Source of the DNA: a virus
Taxonomy: Duplodnaviria > Heunggongvirae > Uroviricota > Caudoviricetes
Length of the DNA stretch: 41,819 nt
IMG/VR virus record: IMGVR_UViG_2579779007_000006
Span: 1 to 41,819 of that record
Reading direction: 5' to 3' (one strand)
A program made the translations under genes and the position numbers. Below the pieces are notes generated by a model. The model was not told the DNA's origin, did no database searches, and saw nothing but the letters and a program-made list of their open reading frames with translations. Shown one piece after another: positions 28,577 through 36,824 of this stretch (position 1 is the stretch's first letter; each line of letters begins with the position of its first letter).

Positions 28577-29374
28577 TCAATGAACGGTATCGAGCAGCTT
28601 TAACAGCTCAGGGAATCGGGATTCGAAGAAATGCGGCTGCGTCTCGCGCGGATTTGCGGGACTGGTGATGTTCTTGCCGAACATGCAGCCTTTCGCTGTC
28701 AGCGACCAGAATTTTTTGATGTTGTTAATCGCGGTACGACTGTATCGTTCGCGCTGCTCGACGATCCCCAGCTTCACCATCTGGTGATATGCCTGATTAG
28801 CTGTCAGGCGGATACAATACTGCTTCAGCAGTGCACTCAGTGACAGCGTGGGGCGGCTTGAGCCATCAGGCGCGTCAGCAGGAGCATCAATGGCATAGCG
28901 CGGTGCCAGATTCGGTAAGCCAACAGCCTCCTGGAGTTTCTGACAGGCTCCAAGCACTGAAGAGTTAGACAGGTTTAATTCCCGGCGCATAAAGTCCAGC
29001 AGAATCACACCAGCCTGCATCTTGTCAGCAGCCTGTCCGGATAATTTTTCCGGTGCACTGGTTACCATGTCGAAAGTACGGATCACCTTCAGATGGAATG
29101 ACGGGCTGATCCACATTGCATAGGCATACACCAGTTCTTTGCAGACATACGTCCCCTGGTTATTTCCGCCACGAATAACGTTAACTGGTTCTATATTGAC
29201 CGAGTTGCAAATCTGCAACTCGCTTATTAAACGTTCAGTTTGCTCATTGCGGAGCCAGAATGCAGGCTTATGCTTATCCAGAGAACCAGCAGCCCTGTGC
29301 AGATCGTTCAGGCTGTAACGCCCATAAGCATCACGACGAACTTCAATACCATCAATAACCATCAGATTATTCAT
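28577..29374 (-). CDS. KilA-N domain protein (antirepressor-like)
   Basis: 265 aa; N-terminal region (IDGIEVRRDAYGRYSLNDLHRAAG) is KilA-N-like. Confidence 0.6.
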   Translation of the reverse strand: MNNLMVIDGIEVRRDAYGRYSLNDLHRAAGSLDKHKPAFWLRNEQTERLISELQICNSVNIEPVNVIRGGNNQGTYVCKELVYAYAMWISPSFHLKVIRTFDMVTSAPEKLSGQAADKMQAGVILLDFMRRELNLSNSSVLGACQKLQEAVGLPNLAPRYAIDAPADAPDGSSRPTLSLSALLKQYCIRLTANQAYHQMVKLGIVEQRERYSRTAINNIKKFWSLTAKGCMFGKNITSPANPRETQPHFFESRFPELLKLLDTVH

Positions 29375-29393
29375 ACTTCGTTTCTCCTCTTAA

Positions 29394-29783
29394 TCAGGCG
29401 GCTGCACCCGCCGGTTTCTCGTACTTACTGATAGTGATCTCGACCTTCCCTTCCGGGATAACCGGTCCCCACTCCACCAGCATTCTTTTCACCTGACTGT
29501 CGTCTTCCCACACACCCGCGTGGGTCAGGGCGTCAAACAGCGCCTTGTTATAGTTGTCCAGATCGCGGATCCTGTTATCCGGAGGAAACAACACGATCTC
29601 CACTGAAGCAGGTGCCGACGTTGGTTTCGGCAGACGACGTAACTGCTCAACTATTGCTGCGCACGCCGCGCTCTGGAATTTTCGCCCCGCCGCGCTTATC
29701 AGGCTCTTACCAGCAAACGCCCCTTTGTTGGGGTGTCGCCAGTACGTGTTCACGCTGGGTGGAAAAGGCAGGATCAGCTTCAT
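29394..29783 (-). CDS. rusA: RusA Holliday-junction resolvase
   Basis: 129 aa beginning MKLILPFPPSVNTYWR, the characteristic RusA N-terminus, with conserved acidic residues. Confidence 0.85.
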   Translation of the reverse strand: MKLILPFPPSVNTYWRHPNKGAFAGKSLISAAGRKFQSAACAAIVEQLRRLPKPTSAPASVEIVLFPPDNRIRDLDNYNKALFDALTHAGVWEDDSQVKRMLVEWGPVIPEGKVEITISKYEKPAGAAA

Positions 29784-30106
29784 ACTTTCAGGCCCCTCTC
29801 ATGTAACCAGTGGGTTGCACGCAGCCTTGCGTTTTCCTCACCGGCAAGCAGTGAGCGGATAATCCCGACCGCCTCGCTGTCGTCGTCCTTCACCGCGGTA
29901 TGAAGCGTGATGCCCCGGGCCACGCCACGCTTTATCGTGATGACGCCTTTTTTCTCCAGTGCGCGAAGATGCTCCACCGCTGCATTCACTGAACGGTATC
30001 CCAGCATGGTTGCCACCTCCTGATTGGTTGGCGGGAAGCCACGTTCTTTCTGATAAGAAATCAGCATATCCAGCACCTGCTGCTGGCATTGAGTTAACGT
30101 CGTCAT
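29780..30106 (-). CDS. LexA N-terminal-like winged-helix DNA-binding protein
   Basis: 108 aa (QVLDMLISYQKERGFPPTNQEVATMLGYRSVNAAVEHLRALEKKGVI) resembles the LexA DNA-binding domain without a peptidase domain. Confidence 0.6.
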   Translation of the reverse strand: MTTLTQCQQQVLDMLISYQKERGFPPTNQEVATMLGYRSVNAAVEHLRALEKKGVITIKRGVARGITLHTAVKDDDSEAVGIIRSLLAGEENARLRATHWLHERGLKV

Positions 30107-30756
30107 GCCGCCATCTCCCTGACCAGTTTTTCTGCCTGCTGGCGAACCTGCGCCAGAAAGGCCTCACCACATGCCTCAAGTTCATCGCGCCCGATGTAGC
30201 TGATTGCCGGTCCCTTCCAGGTCTTGTCGAAAACAGCAATAGCACCAGCGAAGAAAGCGCCTGTCGGCACCTGCTTCTCATCCTTCGGGATAAACCAGGC
30301 AGGCAGTTCAAAACCAATACGCCCGCGAATAAAAGCAATATGATCTGCATCTTCCGGCCACCACACTTCGCTGGTGGCAGCTTTGATCAGGAAAACATAG
30401 CGCCCGCCTTTATCACGCATGGCACTGGCATGCTTCATGATGTAACGCATGCCGGTAATGTATTGCCCCTCATGCTGACTGGCGCGGCTGTATGGGGGAT
30501 TACCAAAGGCAGCACCTTTAAGCTCCGCAAGGCGTTCTGACCAGTCATGCGCCAGCGCGTTGTCTTCCGCCGTGTAATACGCAGCACATTTGGCGTTATC
30601 ACCGTCAGTGAACAGATCCAGAACAAACGGGCCAAACAGGGTGTTAATTCCCCAGAAAATGTTGTCCGGCGTGCGCCACTGATCGCCCACTTCCTTCAGT
30701 TCATGGGCTGGTTTGTTCCGCAGTTCCGCCAGCGCCTGGCAATATTTATTACTCAT
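30103..30756 (-). CDS. phage N6-adenine DNA methyltransferase (Dam-like)
   Basis: Contains the NPPY catalytic motif (FGNPPYSR); start taken at MSNKYCQ, sharing one base with the stop of the upstream gene (TAATG). Confidence 0.8.
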   Translation of the reverse strand: MSNKYCQALAELRNKPAHELKEVGDQWRTPDNIFWGINTLFGPFVLDLFTDGDNAKCAAYYTAEDNALAHDWSERLAELKGAAFGNPPYSRASQHEGQYITGMRYIMKHASAMRDKGGRYVFLIKAATSEVWWPEDADHIAFIRGRIGFELPAWFIPKDEKQVPTGAFFAGAIAVFDKTWKGPAISYIGRDELEACGEAFLAQVRQQAEKLVREMAA

Positions 30757-31250
30757 TAAGCCCCCACGTAATTCCCTGAGAGATACCACTCTTCACCTGA
30801 TGCAGCCTGCTTACTGCTTTTCCGTAAACACCGTTCACGACGCGCCAGAAAATTGTTTCGTTCTGGCTGGGAGTGGCTTTCACGGAATGCCGCCATCCAC
30901 ACGGTTGCAGCACGACGGTATAAGCCCCTGGACTCCAGTTCTTCAGCCTGGCGGGTCAGGCACAAAATCACCTGGGGATCGTTAGTGCCGACATAGAAAT
31001 TGCGCACAGGTCTGGTTTCTCGAACTGGTTGTGGTTCCGGTTCCTGCGCTCTCTCAGTCAGGCGCGGGAAATGTCTGCGTGTATCTCCTTCACAACGGTG
31101 AGCCACACGCCCACTCTGACGTAACTTGCTTGCTGACTGCAGAACGCGCTGCCGTGAGTAACCTGCAAAAGCATCCGCAATGTCTCCGGAAGTACATCCC
31201 GGATGGGCTTCAATGAATTTCTGAACTTCATTCAAAAGACTCATTATCAC
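30756..31250 (-). CDS. hypothetical protein in the helicase-loader position
   Basis: 164 aa directly downstream of the O-like gene; C-terminal region (RRAATVWMAAFRESH) may resemble PerC/ANR-type regulators (uncertain). Confidence 0.5.
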   Translation of the reverse strand: MIMSLLNEVQKFIEAHPGCTSGDIADAFAGYSRQRVLQSASKLRQSGRVAHRCEGDTRRHFPRLTERAQEPEPQPVRETRPVRNFYVGTNDPQVILCLTRQAEELESRGLYRRAATVWMAAFRESHSQPERNNFLARRERCLRKSSKQAASGEEWYLSGNYVGA

Positions 31251-32188
31251 CCCCTGAATCCTGCCGGGATCTGGCTGTAGTCCACGTTGTCGTAACTGGA
31301 TTTGAAGTACGGGTCTTCGCGTTTTTCGGTGTACGTGCTAACGGACGGTGATAAGCGCAGGGAAAGCTCATCCCATTTTTCCCGCAACTTCGACGGGCTG
31401 AGCACGTTACGGCACCAGAACGGATCGCGGCTGACGCGGCTGTACATCTCGCAGATTTGTTTGTGAGTACGACCATCCTGCACACACATCAGGCGAATTT
31501 CGTTTGCCCAGGCTGTCCAGTTCGGTTCTTTGGGACGAACCACCTCGCCGTCACATTCGGCGGCTTGCTCGTACAGGGCGATGATTTTTTTCCAGAGCCA
31601 CTGTGCGCAGGTCAAATCATCCTGCGTTCCCCACTGGCGCTTTTTAGGGCTGAATACAACCGCATCAGGATGGCGAGTTAAAAAATCCTGTTCATCCGTC
31701 TGCGTGTCCGGTTGCGAAGCGTCCGGACGAGAAGGTTTTTTATCTGACGGATCATGTTTTGATTTTACTGACGGATCCCCGCCAGATTCTGACGGGTGAA
31801 AACCCGCTTTTTTGCCAGATTTCGACGCATCAAATTTTGACGGGTCAGATTTTGATGCGTCAGATTTTGACGGGTCAGAATCTGACAGTTGAGAAAATGC
31901 CGCTGCCTGAAGCTTCGCAACGTTAAGCTGATAAACATTCGACGCATTGCGGTTACCCTGGCGACGCGCCTTACGCGTTAACCAGCCTTCTGCTTCCAGC
32001 CGTGCGATAGCCGTTCTGACGGTACTCATTCCCGCGCCAATCTGGCGGGCAATGGTTTCAATTGATGGCCAGCACACACCTTCGTCATTACTGAAATCAG
32101 CCAGGCGGGCCATAATTGCCACGCTGGATAATTTCATGCCTGATGCAGCGCAACCATCCCATACATAGCCGGTTAATTTAGTGCTCAT
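31247..32188 (-). CDS. replication initiator, lambda O-like (HTH N-terminus, internal repeat linker)
   Basis: 313 aa; N-terminal winged-helix region; central Ser/Asp/Lys-rich repeats encoded by the iterons; position after cro/cII-like genes. Confidence 0.7.
   Translation of the reverse strand: MSTKLTGYVWDGCAASGMKLSSVAIMARLADFSNDEGVCWPSIETIARQIGAGMSTVRTAIARLEAEGWLTRKARRQGNRNASNVYQLNVAKLQAAAFSQLSDSDPSKSDASKSDPSKFDASKSGKKAGFHPSESGGDPSVKSKHDPSDKKPSRPDASQPDTQTDEQDFLTRHPDAVVFSPKKRQWGTQDDLTCAQWLWKKIIALYEQAAECDGEVVRPKEPNWTAWANEIRLMCVQDGRTHKQICEMYSRVSRDPFWCRNVLSPSKLREKWDELSLRLSPSVSTYTEKREDPYFKSSYDNVDYSQIPAGFRG
31740..31890. repeat. tandem iteron-like repeats inside the O-like gene (putative replication origin)
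   Basis: At least seven direct copies of a roughly 15-bp unit (cagattttgacgggt and variants). Confidence 0.6.
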
Positions 32189-32197
32189 GACCGACCT

Positions 32198-32536
32198 CTA
32201 TTTCCCTGAATTTACGACGAAACTGTTCGAGCAGGCTGAAGCACTCATGCTCATAACCTTCGCGGAGGTAGATAACCCGTTGTGTTTCCGGCTCCCAACG
32301 AATGACTCTGACGGGCACTCCGTAGTGATCTTTGAACCAGCGGTTAACTTGTCGCAAAGGACTGTCTCCTTCTGCCGGTTGAAATCACCCACAGCCCACT
32401 CTGCAAAGCTGTGGGTTACAATTTCCCTGTCACCTGGTACATTTACTGCATAGCAATACTCCACCTTCGCTTTTCCACCCGGTACAGGAAGCGCAATCAG
32501 TTGCGAGCGACGGTAGTGTGTTGTTAAACTGTTCAT
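32198..32536 (-). CDS. hypothetical protein
   Basis: 112-aa ORF whose ATG overlaps the stop of the upstream gene (ATGA) and ends 10 nt before the O-like start; a plus-strand ORF (32181..32453) occupies the same DNA and cannot be excluded. Confidence 0.35.
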   Translation of the reverse strand: MNSLTTHYRRSQLIALPVPGGKAKVEYCYAVNVPGDREIVTHSFAEWAVGDFNRQKETVLCDKLTAGSKITTECPSESFVGSRKHNGLSTSAKVMSMSASACSNSFVVNSGK

Positions 32537-33084
32537 GCGTTAGTTTCTCCACAGTCACGACACGCCACGGCGCCCGGAGCTGCACACTCGCGGGCGTCAT
32601 TACTTTCTGAAATGCAAAAAATTTTGTAGACCAGTGCTGCATGCTCCTGCAGCTTCGAAATTGAGAGGTACAGCTCGTCGTTAATTGCTGTCTTCTCATG
32701 CGGTTCCACTACACCGTCTTCAATTGCTGAACGAATCTGTTTTGAATAACTGCCGATCTGTTCAATGACTTCCAGCAGGCGCTGGTTAATATCGGCGTTG
32801 TCCACATCCTCGACGTCAGGAAGAGACACAAAGACGCCATTTGCAGACTGCGCCACAGCGTCAGCAATGAAGTGAGTTCCACCAGCACGTTGCAAAATCA
32901 TTGCCCATCCCAGCGGGAAAATCTGATCGCCATCGGCACGAAGGCGGTTAAATAATGCGTTCTCTGTTACATCCAGCCAGTCAGCTGCTTCAGCGTAACC
33001 CCCCGGCAACGCTGCGATAGTTTTTCTGACAGCTTTCACGTACCACTTAGGCTGTTTTTCTACTTTCCAGTGATGCTTACCCAC
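32533..33084 (-). CDS. YdaT-like / cII-position regulatory protein
   Basis: Start assigned to the GTG preceded by AAGGAG (the longer ORF to 33189 would overlap cro by 83 nt); lies directly downstream of the Cro/YdaS-like gene. Confidence 0.5.
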   Translation of the reverse strand: MGKHHWKVEKQPKWYVKAVRKTIAALPGGYAEAADWLDVTENALFNRLRADGDQIFPLGWAMILQRAGGTHFIADAVAQSANGVFVSLPDVEDVDNADINQRLLEVIEQIGSYSKQIRSAIEDGVVEPHEKTAINDELYLSISKLQEHAALVYKIFCISESNDARECAAPGAVACRDCGETNA

Positions 33085-33106
33085 GGCTATCTCCTTAAAA
33101 CTGTGG

Positions 33107-33355
33107 TTACTTTTCATCTGATGAATCTTTAATCTTTTGAAAAATATCTGGACGTAATTTTTCTTTTGATATGCCAGTGGTCTTTTCAATGAATATCGAG
33201 AGCTTTGCAGGGGGACGCTTTTCTCTGTTCAACCAGTTCCAGACATGTTGTTGCTTTACTAAATGACCGCTGCTGGCTGTGAGCTTCCGAGCCAATTCTG
33301 ATTGACCACCAGCCAGAGCGATTGCCTCCGATAAGGCTAATTGCTCAGGTGTCAT
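33107..33355 (-). CDS. Cro/YdaS-like HTH regulator
   Basis: 82 aa with an HTH (GGQSELARKLTASSGHLVKQ), divergent from the CI gene across an operator region. Confidence 0.75.
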   Translation of the reverse strand: MTPEQLALSEAIALAGGQSELARKLTASSGHLVKQQHVWNWLNREKRPPAKLSIFIEKTTGISKEKLRPDIFQKIKDSSDEK

Positions 33356-33490
33356 AGCTTTCTCCTTTTTAGGTAGTTAAGTTGTTACGAGTTGCAAGAA
33401 TACAACATTAACAACTTTTATCACAACTTTTAGGTGTTGGAAAGCTAAAACATAAAGTTGTAACCTCATCAAAAAAGAGAGGGATATGTT
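33356..33490. promoter_or_regulatory. OR/PR-PRM-like divergent operator-promoter region
   Basis: Intergenic region between divergent repressor genes carrying repeated AAGTTGT/ACAACTT half-sites. Confidence 0.6.
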
Positions 33491-34177
33491 GTGAAAACAC
33501 TGGCAGAACGATTAAAGATAGGTAGAGAGAAAGCTGGCATGAGCCAAGCTCAACTAGCTGAAAAAATTGGACTTTCACAACAATCTGTAGCCAAAATAGA
33601 GAATGGCGAAACTCTACAACCGCGCAAAATTAAAGAAATTGCAAAAGTTTTAGGTGTATCACAAAAGTGGTTACAACTTGGTATTGAAGACAACGCATCC
33701 ATACCTGATCTTGTTGTAAAAGAAGCAGAAAGCACCGCATTAGACCCCGATATTTTCGTAAACATTCCTGTTTTAGATGTCGAGTTATCGGCAGGTAACG
33801 GATGTCTGGCTGAAATAGTTGAATCAGCTATTGACTGGTTTCCGTTAAGAAGAGCAGATTTGAGAAAATCTGGCGTATGTGCATCTAATGCCAAGATCGT
33901 AAAAATATGGGGGAACAGTTTATTACCGGTTCTCAATAATGGAGATCTTGTTGCCGTTGATATTTCTCAAACCGTTCCTATTCGTGATGGCGATCTTTAT
34001 GCCGTACGAGATGGTGTATTGCTAAGGGTTAAAATACTTATCAACTTACCTGACGGTGGCTTGATTCTTAGAAGCTTCAACAAAGATGAGTACCCAGATG
34101 AAATACTCACCTTTGAAGATAGACGAGCCAGAATTCATGTTATAGGTAGGGTATTCTGGTCATCGCGAACTTGGTAA
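33491..34177 (+). CDS. CI-like prophage repressor (HTH plus S24 peptidase domain)
   Basis: N-terminal HTH (MSQAQLAEKIGLSQQSVAKIENGE) and a C-terminal LexA/S24-like domain (SLLPVLNNGDLVAVD...RVFWSSR). Confidence 0.85.
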   Translation: MKTLAERLKIGREKAGMSQAQLAEKIGLSQQSVAKIENGETLQPRKIKEIAKVLGVSQKWLQLGIEDNASIPDLVVKEAESTALDPDIFVNIPVLDVELSAGNGCLAEIVESAIDWFPLRRADLRKSGVCASNAKIVKIWGNSLLPVLNNGDLVAVDISQTVPIRDGDLYAVRDGVLLRVKILINLPDGGLILRSFNKDEYPDEILTFEDRRARIHVIGRVFWSSRTW

Positions 34178-35050
34178 TGCATCGAAAAGCATTTCTTCAG
34201 AAATAATTTTAAGTTTTGCACCATTATCATCCCTATAAGATATAGCCTTTTCGATCTTCCTTCCGTGACTTGAGAATTTCCAATCACGGGAGGAAAGCGT
34301 CCCAATTACTAAAAAATCCAACTTTTGAGTAATTCCACTACTGATGTTCCCACCAGCATTTTTAATCAAATTTTCAACTACGGCTCTCTTTCCTGCAACA
34401 AAAGTGCCTGTAAGACAATAGGTTTTACCCTCTAACTCTATCGAAGCCCCTACATCAATAGGCAGCCTGGTCGCCAAACCATCCACCACCCCACTTTCCA
34501 AGTCACATCCTGTGAAGTCTACTAATGCCTTATGTAGAGTTAAACTCTCATCTTCAGTAATAACACCATCTTTAAGAATTTCCTTTACAAGTGCATAAAG
34601 TTTTTTTCCTGGGTAGTTGTTCTTCAAAGCTCCATTTTGCTCAAGCCACCAATTAAGATATCTTATTTCTTCTTGAGTTAAGTTCCGATCAGCAATTAAT
34701 CCTTTACATAGTCCATTAAGTAAATGGACATCTACATCCTTGGAGTAAAAATCAATTTCAGGGATATCAAGAATTTCCCTCTGTATTTGGAGAAGGCTAT
34801 TTTTAAGGTCATCACGTTCTTCTGATGTGATTATTCCATCCGCAAGAATATCCGACACCCGTGCTGATAGACTTTTTATAACTCCATTATTGATAATCTG
34901 CTTTGCTTCAAGTAACCATGTATCTAAGTAAAGAACCTCCTCTTCACGGACAACTCCATCTGCAATGATTCCATCAATGATGCTAATCAAGTTAGCAAAT
35001 AACTTGTCCCGGTTCTGTGTGTAATTAAAAGCGTAAAGCGCGTCTTCCAT
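34160..35050 (-). CDS. hypothetical protein: four TerB-like DGxxxxEE helical repeats plus C-terminal BRCT-like domain
   Basis: Start placed at MEDALYAF (AGGAGG ribosome-binding site 5 nt upstream). Four roughly 45-aa repeats begin DG[VI][VI]xxEE; the C-terminus (GKTYCLTGTF...AGGNISSGITQKLDFLVIG...GAKLKIISEEMLFDAL) is BRCT-like. Confidence 0.65.
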   Translation of the reverse strand: MEDALYAFNYTQNRDKLFANLISIIDGIIADGVVREEEVLYLDTWLLEAKQIINNGVIKSLSARVSDILADGIITSEERDDLKNSLLQIQREILDIPEIDFYSKDVDVHLLNGLCKGLIADRNLTQEEIRYLNWWLEQNGALKNNYPGKKLYALVKEILKDGVITEDESLTLHKALVDFTGCDLESGVVDGLATRLPIDVGASIELEGKTYCLTGTFVAGKRAVVENLIKNAGGNISSGITQKLDFLVIGTLSSRDWKFSSHGRKIEKAISYRDDNGAKLKIISEEMLFDALPSSR

Positions 35051-35094
35051 ACAACCTCCTTTTTTTGATAATCCTTGCACTCCTTGGCTACTCG

Positions 35095-35160
35095 TTCAAA
35101 CCACATAAAGTTGTTGACAACATTCAAAACCACAACTAAATTACAACTTAAAGGTGTTAA
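35095..35160 (+). promoter_or_regulatory. OL/PL-like operator-promoter
   Basis: TTGACA (35114..35119), 17-bp spacer, TAAATT (35137..35142), embedded in the same AAGTTGT/ACAACTT repeats seen at OR. Confidence 0.55.
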
Positions 35161-35315
35161 AACAATGAGCAGGCAGGACGCCCACGAAGTAGCCGCCTGG
35201 GGCATATGAAGTCCAGGATGATTCGTTAGCAACAAAAAAGCGCCCTACAGGACGCTTAGCTCTTTAACAATCTGGTCCCCATCAACAAGTAACTGATAAC
35301 TTGAGGAGGTGTGAA

Positions 35316-35522
35316 ATGCACAAAACAGAACCAAAAATCGTCGCGCCCGGATACACAAATGAGGAAATTTACGAGTGGATGGCAAAGAAGCTGGCAGCTA
35401 TAAACCAGCTTCGTGAAGTGCTGTCTTATCGACAGGAAACAATAGACTCCTTAAAAAAACTGGATCAGGAAATCACGGTTTTATCACAGGATGTTACTTT
35501 AGATATTGTGCAGACAAATTAG
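35316..35522 (+). CDS. small hypothetical protein, first gene of the early-left operon
   Basis: 69 aa; GGAGG ribosome-binding site 7 nt upstream of ATG; predicted helical/coiled-coil. Confidence 0.55.
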   Translation: MHKTEPKIVAPGYTNEEIYEWMAKKLAAINQLREVLSYRQETIDSLKKLDQEITVLSQDVTLDIVQTN

Positions 35523-35928
35523 GATCCCATTCATTTTCGTCAAAATCATCAAAGTGATGAATTTGTGATCTCCAGTCTCGATAATCTAAAAATTTCTGGG
35601 CGGTTACGCTTATTTTATCAAGCGTGAGTTCATCCTGAATTGAAAGAAGAAGTTCATCAAATTTCATCTCATTAATCTGTTTTGGCATCCAGTGATGCTT
35701 CATCAGAATAAGGTGAACCAGAGCTTTTTTCCCATTCAACTGATTATAGGGAGTGCCGAATTTCTTCCGGTGCTCATGTAAGACAAGGTCCAGAAGAGTA
35801 AGTAATGTTGCCCTTGATTCAACTTTGCTTATTTCGACTGATGACACTACCCCACTGATTTCAATGCCCCGATACTTTCCAACATTTTCACAGTGGGATT
35901 TGTACAGCGTATAGATATTACCGGACAT
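35494..35928 (-). CDS. hypothetical protein
   Basis: 144-aa AT-rich ORF on the strand opposite the early-left operon, converging on the small plus-strand gene; no family recognised. Confidence 0.5.
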   Translation of the reverse strand: MSGNIYTLYKSHCENVGKYRGIEISGVVSSVEISKVESRATLLTLLDLVLHEHRKKFGTPYNQLNGKKALVHLILMKHHWMPKQINEMKFDELLLSIQDELTLDKISVTAQKFLDYRDWRSQIHHFDDFDENEWDPNLSAQYLK

Positions 35929-36214
35929 TTCTTTTCCTTTTGCGTTGTTGGGGATAACCAGATTAACCGAATCCTTGTTGTTGGGGAATAACCAGGTCCA
36001 CCTCGCCTGATGTGGCTAAAAGCAGGCACATAACAGCTAAGTATTTTCAACCAGAGAGAATCCTTAGCGTTGTGGTGAATGCGGCTCAGCGCACGCGGGT
36101 TAAGGTTGAGGCTGACAGTCGACCTTCTGTGGATACCCACCCGTCTGGTGTGCAACCTTCGCCAGGCACCGGGAGGCACCCGGCACCACAACTTTATGCT
36201 GTGTGTAGTCCCGG

Positions 36215-36259
36215 CGGTACCAGTTTGTACCCTTGCTTCCGGCTGGTACCGTCCTTTTT
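36215..36259 (+). terminator. terminator-like hairpin
   Basis: cggtaccag / ctggtaccg 9-bp stem with a 19-nt loop followed by TTTTT. Confidence 0.4.
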
Positions 36260-36348
36260 ACAAAACAGAGAAGAGCATCACCGGACGACGGGCTCATAAC
36301 CCAATCCATCCGGGCGGCTGCCACCGCAGGTGTTCTTCTCTGTTTTGT
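36260..36348. repeat. perfect 15-bp inverted repeat flanking a 59-bp GC-rich spacer
   Basis: acaaaacagagaaga (36260..36274) and tcttctctgttttgt (36334..36348) are exact reverse complements. Confidence 0.6.
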
Positions 36349-36396
36349 GGAGAAACTAATCGGCCTTGCAGGGTCGATATGATGAGGAGCAGCAAA

Positions 36397-36759
36397 ATGG
36401 CTAGCGAACGCAGTACTGATGTGCAGGCATTTATCGGGGAGCTGGACGGCGGCGTATTTGAAACCAAAATCGGCGCAGTTCTCAGTGAAGTCGCTTCCGG
36501 TGTGATGAACACGAAAACCAAAGGTAAGGTCTCACTCAACCTGGAAATCGAACCATTTGATGAGAACCGTGTGAAAATCAAACACAAACTCTCATATGTT
36601 CGCCCGACTAACCGCGGGAAAATTTCCGAAGAAGACACCACCGAAACGCCGATGTATGTCAATCGCGGTGGTCGCCTGACTATTCTGCAGGAAGACCAGG
36701 GACAGTTACTGACTCTTGCCGGTGAACCTGACGGAAAACTCCGCGCAGCAGGTCGTTAA
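36397..36759 (+). CDS. YfdP-like prophage protein
   Basis: Start at MASERSTDV with a GAGGAG ribosome-binding site; the longer upstream extension looks non-coding. Confidence 0.65.
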   Translation: MASERSTDVQAFIGELDGGVFETKIGAVLSEVASGVMNTKTKGKVSLNLEIEPFDENRVKIKHKLSYVRPTNRGKISEEDTTETPMYVNRGGRLTILQEDQGQLLTLAGEPDGKLRAAGR

Positions 36760-36824
36760 TATCGTTTTTAATTAACTGATTATTTATCTCATCACTGAAT
36801 ATCTTTATATAGTGAGGACTTATT

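Noticed and set aside
30756-30789. Longer start for the Dam-like methyltransferase at 30789
   Set aside because: That start would overlap the upstream gene by 34 nt; the internal ATG at 30756 gives the common TAATG stop/start overlap.
32181-32453. 90-aa plus-strand ORF overlapping the O-like gene start
   Set aside because: It competes with the minus-strand ORF 32198..32536, which fits the operon syntax better; the plus ORF would be antisense within the early-right operon. Not fully excluded.
33550-33936. 128-aa ORF antisense to the cI repressor gene
   Set aside because: Entirely within and opposite to a confidently assigned repressor gene; no independent support.
36079-36396. 226-aa plus-strand ORF extending yfdP upstream to 36079
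   Set aside because: The extension runs through the structured GC-rich region and translates to low-complexity Arg/Cys/Pro-rich sequence; a GAGGAG ribosome-binding site precedes the internal Met at 36397, which matches the expected YfdP N-terminus.
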